Assembly: GCA_043803385.1 (NCBI GenBank)
Contig: JAZDKA010000010.1
Coordinates: forward strand, 989 to 64,988
Direction of reading: 5' to 3'
DNA: 64,000 nt
Origin: Patescibacteria group bacterium
Lineage (GTDB): Bacteria > Patescibacteriota > Minisyncoccia > Moranbacterales > JAKLHP01
A model generated the notes under the pieces. It had not been told where the DNA came from. It saw nothing but the letters and a program-made list of their open reading frames with translations, and did no database searches. Shown here one piece after another: positions 39,226 to 48,901 of the stretch. The position numbers were made by a program, and so were the translations under genes. The stretch's first letter is position 1, and the number at the start of each line of letters is the position of its first letter.

Positions 39226-39421
39226 AAGATAATATTACCAATTCAAGCTGTTTTTGGCAAATGAACTTACTATTTACAATCACATTATTATCTGATAGAT
39301 TTTATGAAAATTAAAAAGGGAGGTGCTTGATATGGAAGAATTGATAATATTTTTTACATTAAAAAATCCGGATAAATACATAGTAGCTATCCGGTTTTTA
39401 ATTTTTTCAGATTACCTACGG

Positions 39422-39607
39422 CTACTTCCTTTCCCTCCATGAGTCATATTTTAAACCACCTGTTCTTATGGCCTTTTCTGCCTCTTCCTTGGTTAAAACA
39501 ACTCCATTTTCATCAACCACAATTTTCCTTTGAGGAGTAGCTTCTTTTTTATCTCCTATGATATCTTTATTCACGCCGGGTTCGAGATTTATCTTTTCCA
39601 TATCCAT
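39422..39607 (-). CDS. Hypothetical small protein
   Basis: 61-aa ORF. Confidence 0.35.
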   Translation of the reverse strand: MDMEKINLEPGVNKDIIGDKKEATPQRKIVVDENGVVLTKEEAEKAIRTGGLKYDSWRERK

Positions 39608-39673
39608 ATTTTTTTATTTTGAACAAAAGTGATTAACCCTCCTTTCTTTATTTTATAGGATTGCAATATATTG

Positions 39674-39949
39674 TCAAATCCCTAGTTTTTGCTTTATCAT
39701 TTCATATTGATCAGCTGACATTTGGCCGGAATTTTTCATATTTTCGAGCATTGGCATAATTTTGTCCTTATTTTTGGCAATATTCTCCGGAGTAAGGACT
39801 TTTTGCATCAGTTTCATTCTTTCCGCGTCGCTCATATTCATAACTTTCTTCATCATAATCCTCTGCATGAAGCCCATATTTTGAGCATCATCTTTTTTGT
39901 CGTCATCGGTATTATTTGAACTTTTACTTTTTTTGAAAGGATTCCACAT
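39674..39949 (-). CDS. Hypothetical Met/Lys-rich small protein
   Basis: 91-aa ORF. Confidence 0.4.
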   Translation of the reverse strand: MWNPFKKSKSSNNTDDDKKDDAQNMGFMQRIMMKKVMNMSDAERMKLMQKVLTPENIAKNKDKIMPMLENMKNSGQMSADQYEMIKQKLGI

Positions 39950-39984
39950 ATTAGTATTTTGTATAAAGTATAATGTATTTAGTA

Positions 39985-40884
39985 TTAAGCCTTTTTTAAT
40001 TTTAATTTATAACTTGTCACCAAAAGCGCGGAAGCGACAAATATGGAAGAATAAGTTCCGAAGAATATTCCCACTAAAAGCGCCATTGAGAAATAGCGGA
40101 TCGTTTCCCCTCCAAAAAGCACGATGGAAAATAATACTAAAATCACAGTTAGAGAGGTATTTATTGACCTGGTAATCGTTTCGTTAAGTGATTTATTGAC
40201 TATTTCTTCAAAGCTTTCGCCTTTTCCTGATTTCAAAAGATTCTCCCGAATTCGGTCATAAACGACAATTGTATCATGGACGGAAAAACCGAGAATCGTC
40301 AGAAGCGCGGCGATAAAAGAAACTCCAACCTCCACATTATGGAATCTTCCGAGGAAAACAAACACTCCGGTGGTTATCAGAACATCATGAATAAGCGCGA
40401 TAACCGCTCCAATTCCGTACTGCCAAGAAGGAACCGGACGAGAAACTTTTCGAAATGCCCAGGCAATGAAGATGCCAATTCCTATGTTGGCTAGAACAAC
40501 AGCTAAAATGGCATTTTTTTTGATTTGATTAGAAACTGAGGATCCGATAAATTCAATTCTTGTTTCTTTGTAATTTGGGTCTAACTCCTTGATTTTTTCC
40601 CGCACTTTATTATTGAGATTCTCGTCTGATGCATTGTATTTTAAAATCACGGAATTATTCTGCGAAGCCTGGACAGTAAGACTGCTTAGATTTAAATTCT
40701 TGATTTTATCCTCTATCTGCTGGTCATTTGGAATACCCTGGCTGAATTGCATTTCCATTAGCGTCCCGCCCTTGAAATCAATCCCGAACTTAAGCCCCCA
40801 GGCAAAAAGCATTATCAAACTCACTATCGTCAATGCAATGGAAAAAGTATAAAAATATTTTCTTTTATTGACTATGTCTATCAT
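39985..40884 (-). CDS. secF: Protein translocase subunit SecF
   Basis: SecF signature plus 6 TM helices. Confidence 0.85.
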   Translation of the reverse strand: MIDIVNKRKYFYTFSIALTIVSLIMLFAWGLKFGIDFKGGTLMEMQFSQGIPNDQQIEDKIKNLNLSSLTVQASQNNSVILKYNASDENLNNKVREKIKELDPNYKETRIEFIGSSVSNQIKKNAILAVVLANIGIGIFIAWAFRKVSRPVPSWQYGIGAVIALIHDVLITTGVFVFLGRFHNVEVGVSFIAALLTILGFSVHDTIVVYDRIRENLLKSGKGESFEEIVNKSLNETITRSINTSLTVILVLFSIVLFGGETIRYFSMALLVGIFFGTYSSIFVASALLVTSYKLKLKKA

Positions 40885-41023
40885 CCCGGTAGTAGAATTT
40901 CGAATGAGCTTCGCTCAATAAAAATTCTCTAAATCTTTTATTATATTTTAATTTTTATTCGTAAAGTTCCAGTAGTTTTATCGCTTATTTATTTTCGAAA
41001 TTTCACTACCGGGTCATAATTTT

Positions 41024-42709
41024 TTATTCTTCTTTATTTTTCTTATTCCTCATTACTATCCACATTCTCTCTTCCAGCCAATGAGTTCCGATGAACCGCA
41101 AAATATTCCGCACGATCACAATCGCCGAAAACAGCGAAACCAAAACTCCCAGAATCAAAGTAACTGCAAACCCTTTCACGAATCCGGTTCCGAAAAATAT
41201 CAGGATTATTGAGGTAATGATGGTTGAAAGATTTCCGTCTCTGATACTGGTCCAAGCCCTTTTAAAACCTTCTTCAATGGCGCTGGAAATATTTCTTCCT
41301 CTTCTGATTTCTTCTTTCGTCCTTTCAAAAATCAAAATGTTGGCATCCACTGCCATTCCGATGGAAAGAATAATTCCTGCTATTCCAGACAAAGTTAATG
41401 TTATTTCCCAGGGAGAATAAGCGGAAAGCTTGATTATTGAAACCATTATTGCCGTATAAACAATAAGGGCAAACGATGCGATAATGCCCAGAAATCTATA
41501 ATAAATTATCATGAAAATCATAACTGCGATTAATCCGATTATTCCTGCTTTCAAACTTTTTTGAAGCGACTCCATTCCCAGAGTCGCTTCGACGCTTTGC
41601 TGGGAAACCAAGATTAAGGGAATAGGAAGCGCTCCTTCATTAAGCCTCTGGGCTAGTTGTTTTGCTTCATCCACCGTAAAACTTCCCGTTATTACCGCGT
41701 CTCCGCTGGTGATTTCCGATTGCACTCGCGGAGTGCTGATCGGCTGGCCGTCAAGATAAATAGCAACTGTTTTCTCTAGATTTCTTTTAGTAATGTCGGC
41801 AAATAATTTAGTTCCTTCTGCATCAAATTTTATGGAAACTTCCGGTTCGGAAAGCCCTTGGTTCTGAAAAGTTACGGATGCGCTCTTGAGATTTTTTCCT
41901 GTAAGTCCGGTTGAAACATAAGCCTGGTTAGGAACGTCTTTTTCCTCTATTTTTTTGATTATGTGCCAACCGAATTGAGTTTCTACCAATTGCGGATAAA
42001 TTTGCCCGTCTTTCAAATTTCCTTCAAATAAAACTTTATCAAATTCCGGGACAAATGCTCCTTTCTGGACAAATCCCAAATCCCCTCCGGTTTCTTTTGA
42101 ACCAGGGTCGTCGCTGTTTTCTTTGGCAAGAGTTGTAAAATCTTCTCCGGCTAGAGATTTTTTAAGTATCTCTTCAGCTTTTTTCTTTTGTTCCTCGTCG
42201 TTGAGCTGGGGCTGATCACTTTCGTCAGCAGACGGCAATCCGCCATTTTTGGCAATTAATATATGCGCGGCGTGAATTTCATGGATCAGCTGATTTCCAG
42301 TTCCCTCTTCCTTGAATTCCAAAAACGGAGTATCTTTTATCCTTTGTTTGGCTTCCTCGATATCTTTTACACCCGGAAGTTCTACTATTATCAAATCATC
42401 TTTTCCGGATTTGGCCGTTTGGATAAGCGGTTCTCCGACTCCGAAAGCATTTATTCTTCTTTCAATAACATCCTGGACTCCCTGAAGCGCGTCAGTCTTT
42501 TTGCTGGAATCCAAATTGGAAGTGTCAGCTTTGTATTCCAAATGGATTCCGCCCTGCAAATCCAATCCCAAATTAACTTTGGCTTTATTGAAAAAGTTAT
42601 AAACCGGCTTAATTGGCTTTATTACTTCCGGATATGCCACAAGAACTGCCGAAACTGCCAGTCCTATTATCGTAAAAAATTTGTATCGAAGTTTCTCTCG
42701 AACATTCAT
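41024..42709 (-). CDS. secD: Protein translocase subunit SecD carrying an embedded parvulin-type PPIase domain
   Basis: SecD N- and C-terminal TM regions; internal AAHILI...GGDLGFV...FD...TQFGWHII (PpiC/parvulin signature) at about aa 135-250. Confidence 0.85.
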   Translation of the reverse strand: MNVREKLRYKFFTIIGLAVSAVLVAYPEVIKPIKPVYNFFNKAKVNLGLDLQGGIHLEYKADTSNLDSSKKTDALQGVQDVIERRINAFGVGEPLIQTAKSGKDDLIIVELPGVKDIEEAKQRIKDTPFLEFKEEGTGNQLIHEIHAAHILIAKNGGLPSADESDQPQLNDEEQKKKAEEILKKSLAGEDFTTLAKENSDDPGSKETGGDLGFVQKGAFVPEFDKVLFEGNLKDGQIYPQLVETQFGWHIIKKIEEKDVPNQAYVSTGLTGKNLKSASVTFQNQGLSEPEVSIKFDAEGTKLFADITKRNLEKTVAIYLDGQPISTPRVQSEITSGDAVITGSFTVDEAKQLAQRLNEGALPIPLILVSQQSVEATLGMESLQKSLKAGIIGLIAVMIFMIIYYRFLGIIASFALIVYTAIMVSIIKLSAYSPWEITLTLSGIAGIILSIGMAVDANILIFERTKEEIRRGRNISSAIEEGFKRAWTSIRDGNLSTIITSIILIFFGTGFVKGFAVTLILGVLVSLFSAIVIVRNILRFIGTHWLEERMWIVMRNKKNKEE

Positions 42710-42753
42710 GCTTCTTATTATACCGAAAAAGATATTTATAGCAATACCATAAA

Positions 42754-43269
42754 TTACTTATACTTCTCCACCGTAAATTCGAATAGACTGAAATTATCTT
42801 TCAGTGGATCAATATCGCCTTTTTGGCAAGCGATGTCGATTTGCTGTTCAGTTAAATCTATTCCTCCTAGATCTGGAAGCAAGAGTCCGCATCTTCTATC
42901 CGAACATTGGACGATAATTCCGTGTTTTTTGGGATTATGATTTTTAATATCCTCTACCGGTTTTGGCTCGCTTAAAATGCTCACTTCATAATTTAATTTC
43001 GGAAGCTCATCTTTAGTTATCGGAGAAAATCTATAATCTCTTGAACAAGCCGCAACTGCATTGGAAATAATTTCTTCGGCGATATTTTTTCTGGTTGGCA
43101 AAAATGTTCCAATGCAACCGCGCAGTTCTTTTCCGTTGAAGATTGTAACAAAAACTCCCGCTTTTCTATTATAAAAATCTTTCGGAAGACTATCGGGAAC
43201 TTTCATAATTTTATTATATTTTATACATTCTTCAATGGCTTTTTTTGCTAAGTTTGTGTAATTATTCAT
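42754..43269 (-). CDS. AMMECR1-domain protein (AmmeMemoRadiSam system protein A)
   Basis: RGCIG motif in an AMMECR1 fold. Confidence 0.8.
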   Translation of the reverse strand: MNNYTNLAKKAIEECIKYNKIMKVPDSLPKDFYNRKAGVFVTIFNGKELRGCIGTFLPTRKNIAEEIISNAVAACSRDYRFSPITKDELPKLNYEVSILSEPKPVEDIKNHNPKKHGIIVQCSDRRCGLLLPDLGGIDLTEQQIDIACQKGDIDPLKDNFSLFEFTVEKYK

Positions 43270-43305
43270 AATAAATTTTTGACATTGGAATTTGGAAATT
43301 TGACA

Positions 43306-44085
43306 TTACGGTTTCAGCGAAGCGACCATGTATCCTACTCCAAACGGTCCTTCATAACTCAATAAATTGAATTCATATTTCCCCTCCAAAGCGCCCAAGA
43401 GTATGGCAATGGAACGCAGTCCGCATTGACCCGCTTCCTCCACTAGATTTTCGTCAAAATTTAAAATTTCCCTTGTTTTAGCGGTTTTTAGGAGGTTTAT
43501 AAGCTTCTCGTCAAACTCTTTCCCTTTTTCCGAATATCCGGCTGGCGCGTCAGGCGTGAGCCTGTGGGACAAGTCTCCGCTCGCTATAATAGCTATTTTT
43601 TTATTCCCTTCGCAGCACATTTGGCTTAAAATTTTTCCGTATTCAAAATGGGTTTTCATATCCAGCATTGAAAAAGCTAAATGGACTATTTTTGGCTTGA
43701 TATTTTTTGTTAAATAATAGAGAGGAACCAGCGCGCCATGGTCCAAAAAACTTCCATGGAGATTAATTTCTATTTCAGATAAATTTGCACGATAAGCAAT
43801 CTTATCAATCGCTTCAAAATCGTTCTTAAAATCATATGTTTCATCCAATCCGAAATTTGTAAAACTTCCCCGAAGCGGAGAGGCGGAATTTATGGCGAAT
43901 CTTTGACTTTCCATTTCCGCATGCGGAGAAATGACTATTAAAGTTTCCGGATTGGCTTCTTTTAATTCCTCTCTCAATTTTTTCATCGCCGAAATGGTAT
44001 TCTTTATTTTTTTCCTATCCTCATCGCTTCCAATTCCGGGAATCATTATGGGAGGATGGGGAGTAATGGCGGCAAATGTTATCAT
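43306..44085 (-). CDS. Memo-like protein (AmmeMemoRadiSam system protein B)
   Basis: Memo/class-III extradiol dioxygenase-like length and motifs; gene context. Confidence 0.65.
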   Translation of the reverse strand: MITFAAITPHPPIMIPGIGSDEDRKKIKNTISAMKKLREELKEANPETLIVISPHAEMESQRFAINSASPLRGSFTNFGLDETYDFKNDFEAIDKIAYRANLSEIEINLHGSFLDHGALVPLYYLTKNIKPKIVHLAFSMLDMKTHFEYGKILSQMCCEGNKKIAIIASGDLSHRLTPDAPAGYSEKGKEFDEKLINLLKTAKTREILNFDENLVEEAGQCGLRSIAILLGALEGKYEFNLLSYEGPFGVGYMVASLKP

Positions 44086-44260
44086 ATTCTTAATTGTTAG
44101 AACTCAATTTATAGAACAATCTTTAATATTCGCGAATCAATCTAAATCCTAATTTCCAATTACCAATGTCAAATAAAGTCCTAAGCCCAAATAACCAAAT
44201 TTTTGGATTTTGAAATTGGATTTTTATTGGAAATTGGAAATTTGACATTTGGATTTTCCG

Positions 44261-45301
44261 TCAGAATCTTCCTTTAATCACAGTCCCGCACTTGGGACAT
44301 TCTCCCTTTCCTTCGATTTTTTCAACATCATATCCGGTTCTATCGATTACTTTAAATCCGCATTTGGGGCAAAAAGTGTCTTCCATATCATTATCAATAT
44401 CAATAATATTTCCGGCATAGACATACTTCAGCCCTTCTTCTTTTCCTATTTTATAAGCTCTCCTTATTTTTTCCTTTGTGGTGCTGGGAACATTTTTTAG
44501 TTTCCAGGAAATAGTTCCAAAAAATGCAGTAATATGCCAGGGGATATGATCTCCCAATTCATTTTTAATAAATCTGGCTATCCTTTTCAGCATTTCTTCG
44601 CTATCTGACATTCCGGGAATTATTAAAGTTGTAATTTCCAGCCAGACATTCTTTTTGATTATCGTTTTGCAGTTTTCAAGTATCGGATCGATTTTGGCCG
44701 CGCAATTTTTGCGGTAAAATTCATTGTCAAGGGATTTTATGTCAACATTTATTGCATCGAGATAGGGAATTACGGCATCGAGGGTTTTCGGGCTCATAAA
44801 TCCATTTGAAACCCAGACATTTTTAAGCCCTTCCTTTTTAGCAATTTTCATTGTATCTAAAGCATATTCAACCCAGATAGTCGGTTCGTTGTATGTAAAA
44901 GCGATTATTTTGCAATTATTTGCTTTGGCTTCTTTCACTATTTTTTCCGGACTCAACGGATAACCCCATTCCAAACTTCCATATTTTTCCGCTTTTCTTT
45001 TTTGCCCAAACATCTGTGAAATATCAAAATTTTGGCAATTGCCGCAGCTAAAATTGCACCCCAAAGTGCCAAAAGAATAAGCTTCTGAATCGGGATAAAA
45101 GTGATATAAGGGCTTTTTTTCAATGGGATCTATATTGGCTGCAATTGCCCTTCCGTAAGCCAAGAGATAAAGCTTGCCTTTAATGTTTTTTCTTATCCCG
45201 CAAATTCCAGTGTTTCCTTCCGGTATATGGCAAAAATGGCTGCAGTTCTGACACTGCAAAATGTCATCTTTTATTTTAACGTAATTTATGCATTCTTTCA
45301 T
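44261..45301 (-). CDS. AmmeMemoRadiSam system radical SAM enzyme
   Basis: CNFSCGNC radical-SAM cluster plus N- and C-terminal Cys clusters. Confidence 0.75.
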   Translation of the reverse strand: MKECINYVKIKDDILQCQNCSHFCHIPEGNTGICGIRKNIKGKLYLLAYGRAIAANIDPIEKKPLYHFYPDSEAYSFGTLGCNFSCGNCQNFDISQMFGQKRKAEKYGSLEWGYPLSPEKIVKEAKANNCKIIAFTYNEPTIWVEYALDTMKIAKKEGLKNVWVSNGFMSPKTLDAVIPYLDAINVDIKSLDNEFYRKNCAAKIDPILENCKTIIKKNVWLEITTLIIPGMSDSEEMLKRIARFIKNELGDHIPWHITAFFGTISWKLKNVPSTTKEKIRRAYKIGKEEGLKYVYAGNIIDIDNDMEDTFCPKCGFKVIDRTGYDVEKIEGKGECPKCGTVIKGRF

Positions 45302-45335
45302 TTGTAAAATAATACAATTATTTTTAAGTAATATT

Positions 45336-46388
45336 CTATTTTTTAAGCTCGAAAGAATTTAAAAGTTTCCCGTCCGCTGAATATGTTTTCACTGTTATGG
45401 CGTCGCTGTTAATTTCAACCATTCCAAACGCTTGGCCGATATAAAAATATTCCGCTGTTCCCGGTTTGGGCGCATCGTGATTGAACGAATCAGTATTCCC
45501 GAAGCCAAACTGATATATTCCGTTCACCTTCCTTCGGCTTTGGATATGCTCGTGGCCTGAAAAAACCGCTGTTATTTTATTATTTACCAAAATATTCCAC
45601 AATCTATCCCTGTCTTTTGGGCTTTCATCCAAGCTCTCTCCTATTTTTGAATTGGTAGGATAGGCAGGTTCGTGAAAAAATACAAAATTATAATCTTTCC
45701 TGTTGGCAGACAAATCTTTTTCCAGCCAATCAAGTTGAACCGAATTAATATCGTTTTCTTTCGGCTTGTCGCTATCCAAAACAACAAAGTGGGAATTTTT
45801 GTAATCAAAGGAATAGGCGAATTTTGCAAAACCGGCAGGTCCGTTGGCGGGAAGATAACTGAATACTCTTTGCCAGACTGCATCGGCTTTGTCTTCTCCC
45901 GTCCTATCGTGATTCCCCTGCATCACATAGGCTTTTGAGCCGAGAGGCCCGAGAGTATTTTTCCAGCTGTTAAGTTTGCTTTCGCAATCTGCTCCCCCAC
46001 CGCAGCTTGAAACCAAATCCCCTACAGCAAAAACCAAGTCGGGATTAATTTTTTTGATATTGCTTGCGGCTTTCTGGAATCCCCCATTGGATCCCGGTTT
46101 GAAATACTGGGTGTCTCCTAAAATAGCAAAGGAAAATTTATTTTCTTCCACGGGAATTTCAACCGGTTCTTCAGTGGGTTCTTTGCTATTATTTTTCTGC
46201 CCTTCGCTTACTTCTACTATATCAGCCGGCTCTGCGTTATTTAAATCTTTGCTGCTTTCGGTGTTTTCATTGCTTATCGCTTTTTGAGTTGTCCCCCCAA
46301 TTTTTTTCTCCGCAAAAAAAGCACCTCCGGTAAAAGACGCTCCGGCTAGGATAATAAGCAAGAATATTGCTAAGATATACTTTCTCAC
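45336..46388 (-). CDS. Secreted/membrane-anchored calcineurin-like metallophosphoesterase
   Basis: GD..., GNHD, GHEH motifs; N-terminal TM; apparent GTG start immediately after a TGcTATAAT extended -10. Confidence 0.7.
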   Translation of the reverse strand: MRKYILAIFLLIILAGASFTGGAFFAEKKIGGTTQKAISNENTESSKDLNNAEPADIVEVSEGQKNNSKEPTEEPVEIPVEENKFSFAILGDTQYFKPGSNGGFQKAASNIKKINPDLVFAVGDLVSSCGGGADCESKLNSWKNTLGPLGSKAYVMQGNHDRTGEDKADAVWQRVFSYLPANGPAGFAKFAYSFDYKNSHFVVLDSDKPKENDINSVQLDWLEKDLSANRKDYNFVFFHEPAYPTNSKIGESLDESPKDRDRLWNILVNNKITAVFSGHEHIQSRRKVNGIYQFGFGNTDSFNHDAPKPGTAEYFYIGQAFGMVEINSDAITVKTYSADGKLLNSFELKK

Positions 46389-46699
46389 TATGCTATTATA
46401 GCATTTTTTAAATTTTTGGTTAATCGGCAGTAAAAAATATGAAGTCGAATCTTTGAATAAGAATAGAAAAATAATTTAAACTTAAATTCCATGCTATAGC
46501 AGTAAATTTCAGTTTTTTGCTGCCAGTATAAGTTCAAAACTGTTTTATAAAAATAAAGAGCCGAGGGCATTCGCCTACGACTCATTAATCCAACTATACT
46601 GGGTATGACTATGCCTGGTAGCATAGTTCCAGAAGAGCCTGATTATATACTTCTCTCCAGGCTACTTGACACCGCTAGGGTAAAAAATCCAATAAAAAA

Positions 46700-46742
46700 G
46701 GGAGCTAAACATATTTCAGTCTAGTCCCTCAACTTGCACGAT
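46700..46742 (-). terminator. Intrinsic terminator of the 46783 gene
   Basis: GGGACTAGAC...GTTTAGCTCCC hairpin plus TTTTTTATT on the minus strand. Confidence 0.5.
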
Positions 46743-46782
46743 AACTTGTAAAGTTATTTGCGAATTACGCGATAGGCTTTCC

Positions 46783-47268
46783 TTACCTTTTGATGCCGTG
46801 GCTTTCGCGGATTCTGTTCACCTTTTTATGGGTGTTCTCTGGGATATCCTGGTCAGGAATAATCTCGACTCCAATAGCATTGCATGAAAATATGATGTCT
46901 ATCCCAGATAGCTCTATTGATCCGTCGCCATTATCTTTGATAAAGACACCTTGGCAGGTTCCACTGTCTAACCTGCTGCCAGAAACGAAATCGCCTTTTC
47001 TCAAGACAGTGCCGTCAGATGATTGAACAAAACCGAGAAGCGGGAGAAGAATCTCTCTCCAATTTTTAACCGACCCGTTAATGTCGCCGATTTCCAGCCC
47101 CTCTTCATCATAGTATATCTCAAGGTTGTTCTCTTTATGACAACCACATTTGAGAAGATACCGCGGAAGCTTTTTCCCTTTTTCTTTTCGGTGTGTTACT
47201 CGAATTGCTTTGTATCCGCTTTCTCTTTCTTCCCCCATTTTTCTCTGAATCTTAATCCCTTTTGGCAT
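46783..47268 (-). CDS. Hypothetical protein (161 aa)
   Basis: AAGGAGG SD; GC-richer; intrinsic terminator downstream (46700-46742). Confidence 0.5.
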   Translation of the reverse strand: MPKGIKIQRKMGEERESGYKAIRVTHRKEKGKKLPRYLLKCGCHKENNLEIYYDEEGLEIGDINGSVKNWREILLPLLGFVQSSDGTVLRKGDFVSGSRLDSGTCQGVFIKDNGDGSIELSGIDIIFSCNAIGVEIIPDQDIPENTHKKVNRIRESHGIKR

Positions 47269-47385
47269 TGCAGACCTCCTTAGATTATTGTCGAAATTCG
47301 ACTTATATTTGTATCATGGGAAGAATGTGAAGTCAGATATAAAAATAAAAAACGCTTTAATCAAGGGCTTTTTTTATTTTCAGCC

Positions 47386-47411
47386 AATGGCTAAATCGCG
47401 ATTTAGCCATT
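47386..47411. promoter_or_regulatory. 26-bp perfect palindrome AATGGCTAAATCG|CGATTTAGCCATT
   Basis: 13+13 perfect inverted repeat next to module copy A. Confidence 0.45.
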
Positions 47412-47422
47412 GAGTTAGCAAA

Positions 47423-47453
47423 ACACAAAAACAGGGTTTTATCCCTGCTTTTT
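47423..47453 (-). terminator. Conserved terminator module ACACAAAAACAGGGTTTTATCCCTGCTTTTT (copy 1)
   Basis: CAGGG-TTTTAT-CCCTG stem; on the minus strand followed by TTTTTGTGTT; identical flanks in copy 2. Confidence 0.6.
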
Positions 47454-47497
47454 AAATTTGTATCATAATGCTACGGCCGTCGGAAGACGACACATTT
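47454..47497. repeat. Copy A of a ~45-bp palindromic promoter/operator-like module
   Basis: AAATTTGTATCATAATGCTACGGCCGTCGGAAGACGACACATT. Confidence 0.7.
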
Positions 47498-47499
47498 TT

Positions 47500-47862
47500 T
47501 CAGCCCCGAGAAATCGGGGTTGGGTTTTTCCACGAACCTAACCGGCTGGCATAATTAAATGAGTAGAAGTAATTGCTCCAACTTTTGTCTGTAGAATTAT
47601 ATTCATTTTTAAATTCGAAATAATCAGCAAGAGTTTCTCGCAGCCTTGTCAACTCTTTGAGCCGGTTTTTATTCTTAATGTCGGAAATGGCGAGATCCAA
47701 TAGCTCGAGCGCCCGATTAAATGCCATATGAGAGTATTCCTGATTGCCTTTTCCTTTCCATTTCATTGCCCGCTCTACTTCACTGCCAATATTGGCCATC
47801 TGCTCGAAGAAAGGCATTTCTGCCCAGCGTCCGGAAGCTAATTGTTGATGCTGATAATTCAT
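47500..47862 (-). CDS. Hypothetical protein; downstream member of a TA-like overlapping pair
   Basis: 120 aa; start overlaps the upstream gene's stop by 4 bp. Confidence 0.5.
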   Translation of the reverse strand: MNYQHQQLASGRWAEMPFFEQMANIGSEVERAMKWKGKGNQEYSHMAFNRALELLDLAISDIKNKNRLKELTRLRETLADYFEFKNEYNSTDKSWSNYFYSFNYASRLGSWKNPTPISRG

Positions 47863-48203
47863 TTTGAGATTAGTTTATTGGTTATTTCCAGAATTTTCTT
47901 TCTTATTTCCGGATTATCCACACCCCGGCTTCGGTTATTTTGCGAAGGACGCAAATTGATCATTGAATCAAATTCGATAAAATCATCCTTCCCAAAAAGT
48001 TCTGGATAAATGTTAATTCCCCAAAGATTTTCCTGCTTGGAGCTATTTTCCAAAAGTAGCGCTTCCTCGTCGGAATGAAGCTCGGCATCAACCGCCATTA
48101 TTCCTTTTTTAATATCAACAACAGCCTTTATCAAATTACCGAACATCTTTCGAGACATTTCCTTGAGTTCATCTATAGTTATGTTTTTTTCTACTATTTT
48201 CAT
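47859..48203 (-). CDS. Hypothetical protein; upstream member of a TA-like overlapping pair
   Basis: 114 aa; very short leader after a TGATAGAAT -10-like element. Confidence 0.5.
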   Translation of the reverse strand: MKIVEKNITIDELKEMSRKMFGNLIKAVVDIKKGIMAVDAELHSDEEALLLENSSKQENLWGINIYPELFGKDDFIEFDSMINLRPSQNNRSRGVDNPEIRKKILEITNKLISK

Positions 48204-48240
48204 AATTTAATTCTATCAGGGATAATGGGAATGGTCAAAA

Positions 48241-48272
48241 AACACAAAAACAGGGTTTTATCCCTGCTTTTT
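48241..48272 (-). terminator. Conserved terminator module (copy 2), positioned between the module promoter and the 48203 gene start (attenuator-like)
   Basis: Identical 31-mer to copy 1. Confidence 0.6.
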
Positions 48273-48316
48273 AAATTTGTATCATAATCCTACGACCGTG
48301 GGAAAATGACACATTT
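48273..48316. repeat. Copy B of the palindromic module
   Basis: AAATTTGTATCATAATCCTACGACCGTGGGAAAATGACACATTT. Confidence 0.7.
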
Positions 48317-48320
48317 GAAA

Positions 48321-48890
48321 TCAAAATAAATTATTTTTAATAAAATCAATTGCTTTTATGGTATTTGGATCAGTAGTTATTTTTCCGGCCTCATCGGCGC
48401 TTAGCCATTTATTTTCATAAAATTCTTCAGAAAGTTTTGAAGCATCGGGATTGAATTTATTTTTATCCACCGGAACGAAATGCCATATATCATAATGAAC
48501 ACGGCAGGGTTGTTTTTCCGGATTGTAAATTTCCGTAATTGTAAGAAGCGCAGGTTTTTTGATGTTAAAATTATCGAAATCTAATCCCCATTCCTCGTCA
48601 ATTTCTCTTTTTAGCGCCTCTTTTATTATTTCTCCTTTGTCTATATGCCCACCGTTAATCAGCCAAAGTCCTGATTTTTTATGATGCCCTATGAATATCT
48701 GCTTTGCATCCGGGTCATAGGCGGAAAAATAAGCGCAAAAGTGTGATTCCGGATTTTCTTCTATGGTTAATCCACCTTGATTTATTCTCTCAATAAATTT
48801 TGAAGCTAGTTCATCACTCTTGAATCGAGAACCAATTAATTCTTCAATTTCCTGTTTTAAATTTTTTCCTTCGTTTCCCATATTGATCAA
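48321..48890 (-). CDS. NUDIX hydrolase
   Basis: Nudix box GGHIDKGEIIKEALKREIDEEWG. Confidence 0.8.
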   Translation of the reverse strand: MINMGNEGKNLKQEIEELIGSRFKSDELASKFIERINQGGLTIEENPESHFCAYFSAYDPDAKQIFIGHHKKSGLWLINGGHIDKGEIIKEALKREIDEEWGLDFDNFNIKKPALLTITEIYNPEKQPCRVHYDIWHFVPVDKNKFNPDASKLSEEFYENKWLSADEAGKITTDPNTIKAIDFIKNNLF

Positions 48891-48901
48891 ACCGCTATTT
48901 T

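Noticed and set aside
44150-44260. Possible CRISPR-like tandem repeats
   Set aside because: The units are 9-14 bp, AT-rich and degenerate with no spacer structure. No cas genes are present. They look like promoter or UP-like tandem motifs.
46430-46780. 350-bp intergenic region examined for tRNA, tmRNA, SRP or RNase P RNA
   Set aside because: No T-loop (GGTTCGA-TCC) or acceptor motif, no tmRNA or SRP signature, and no RNase P P4 signature was found. Only local hairpins and the downstream gene's terminator are present.
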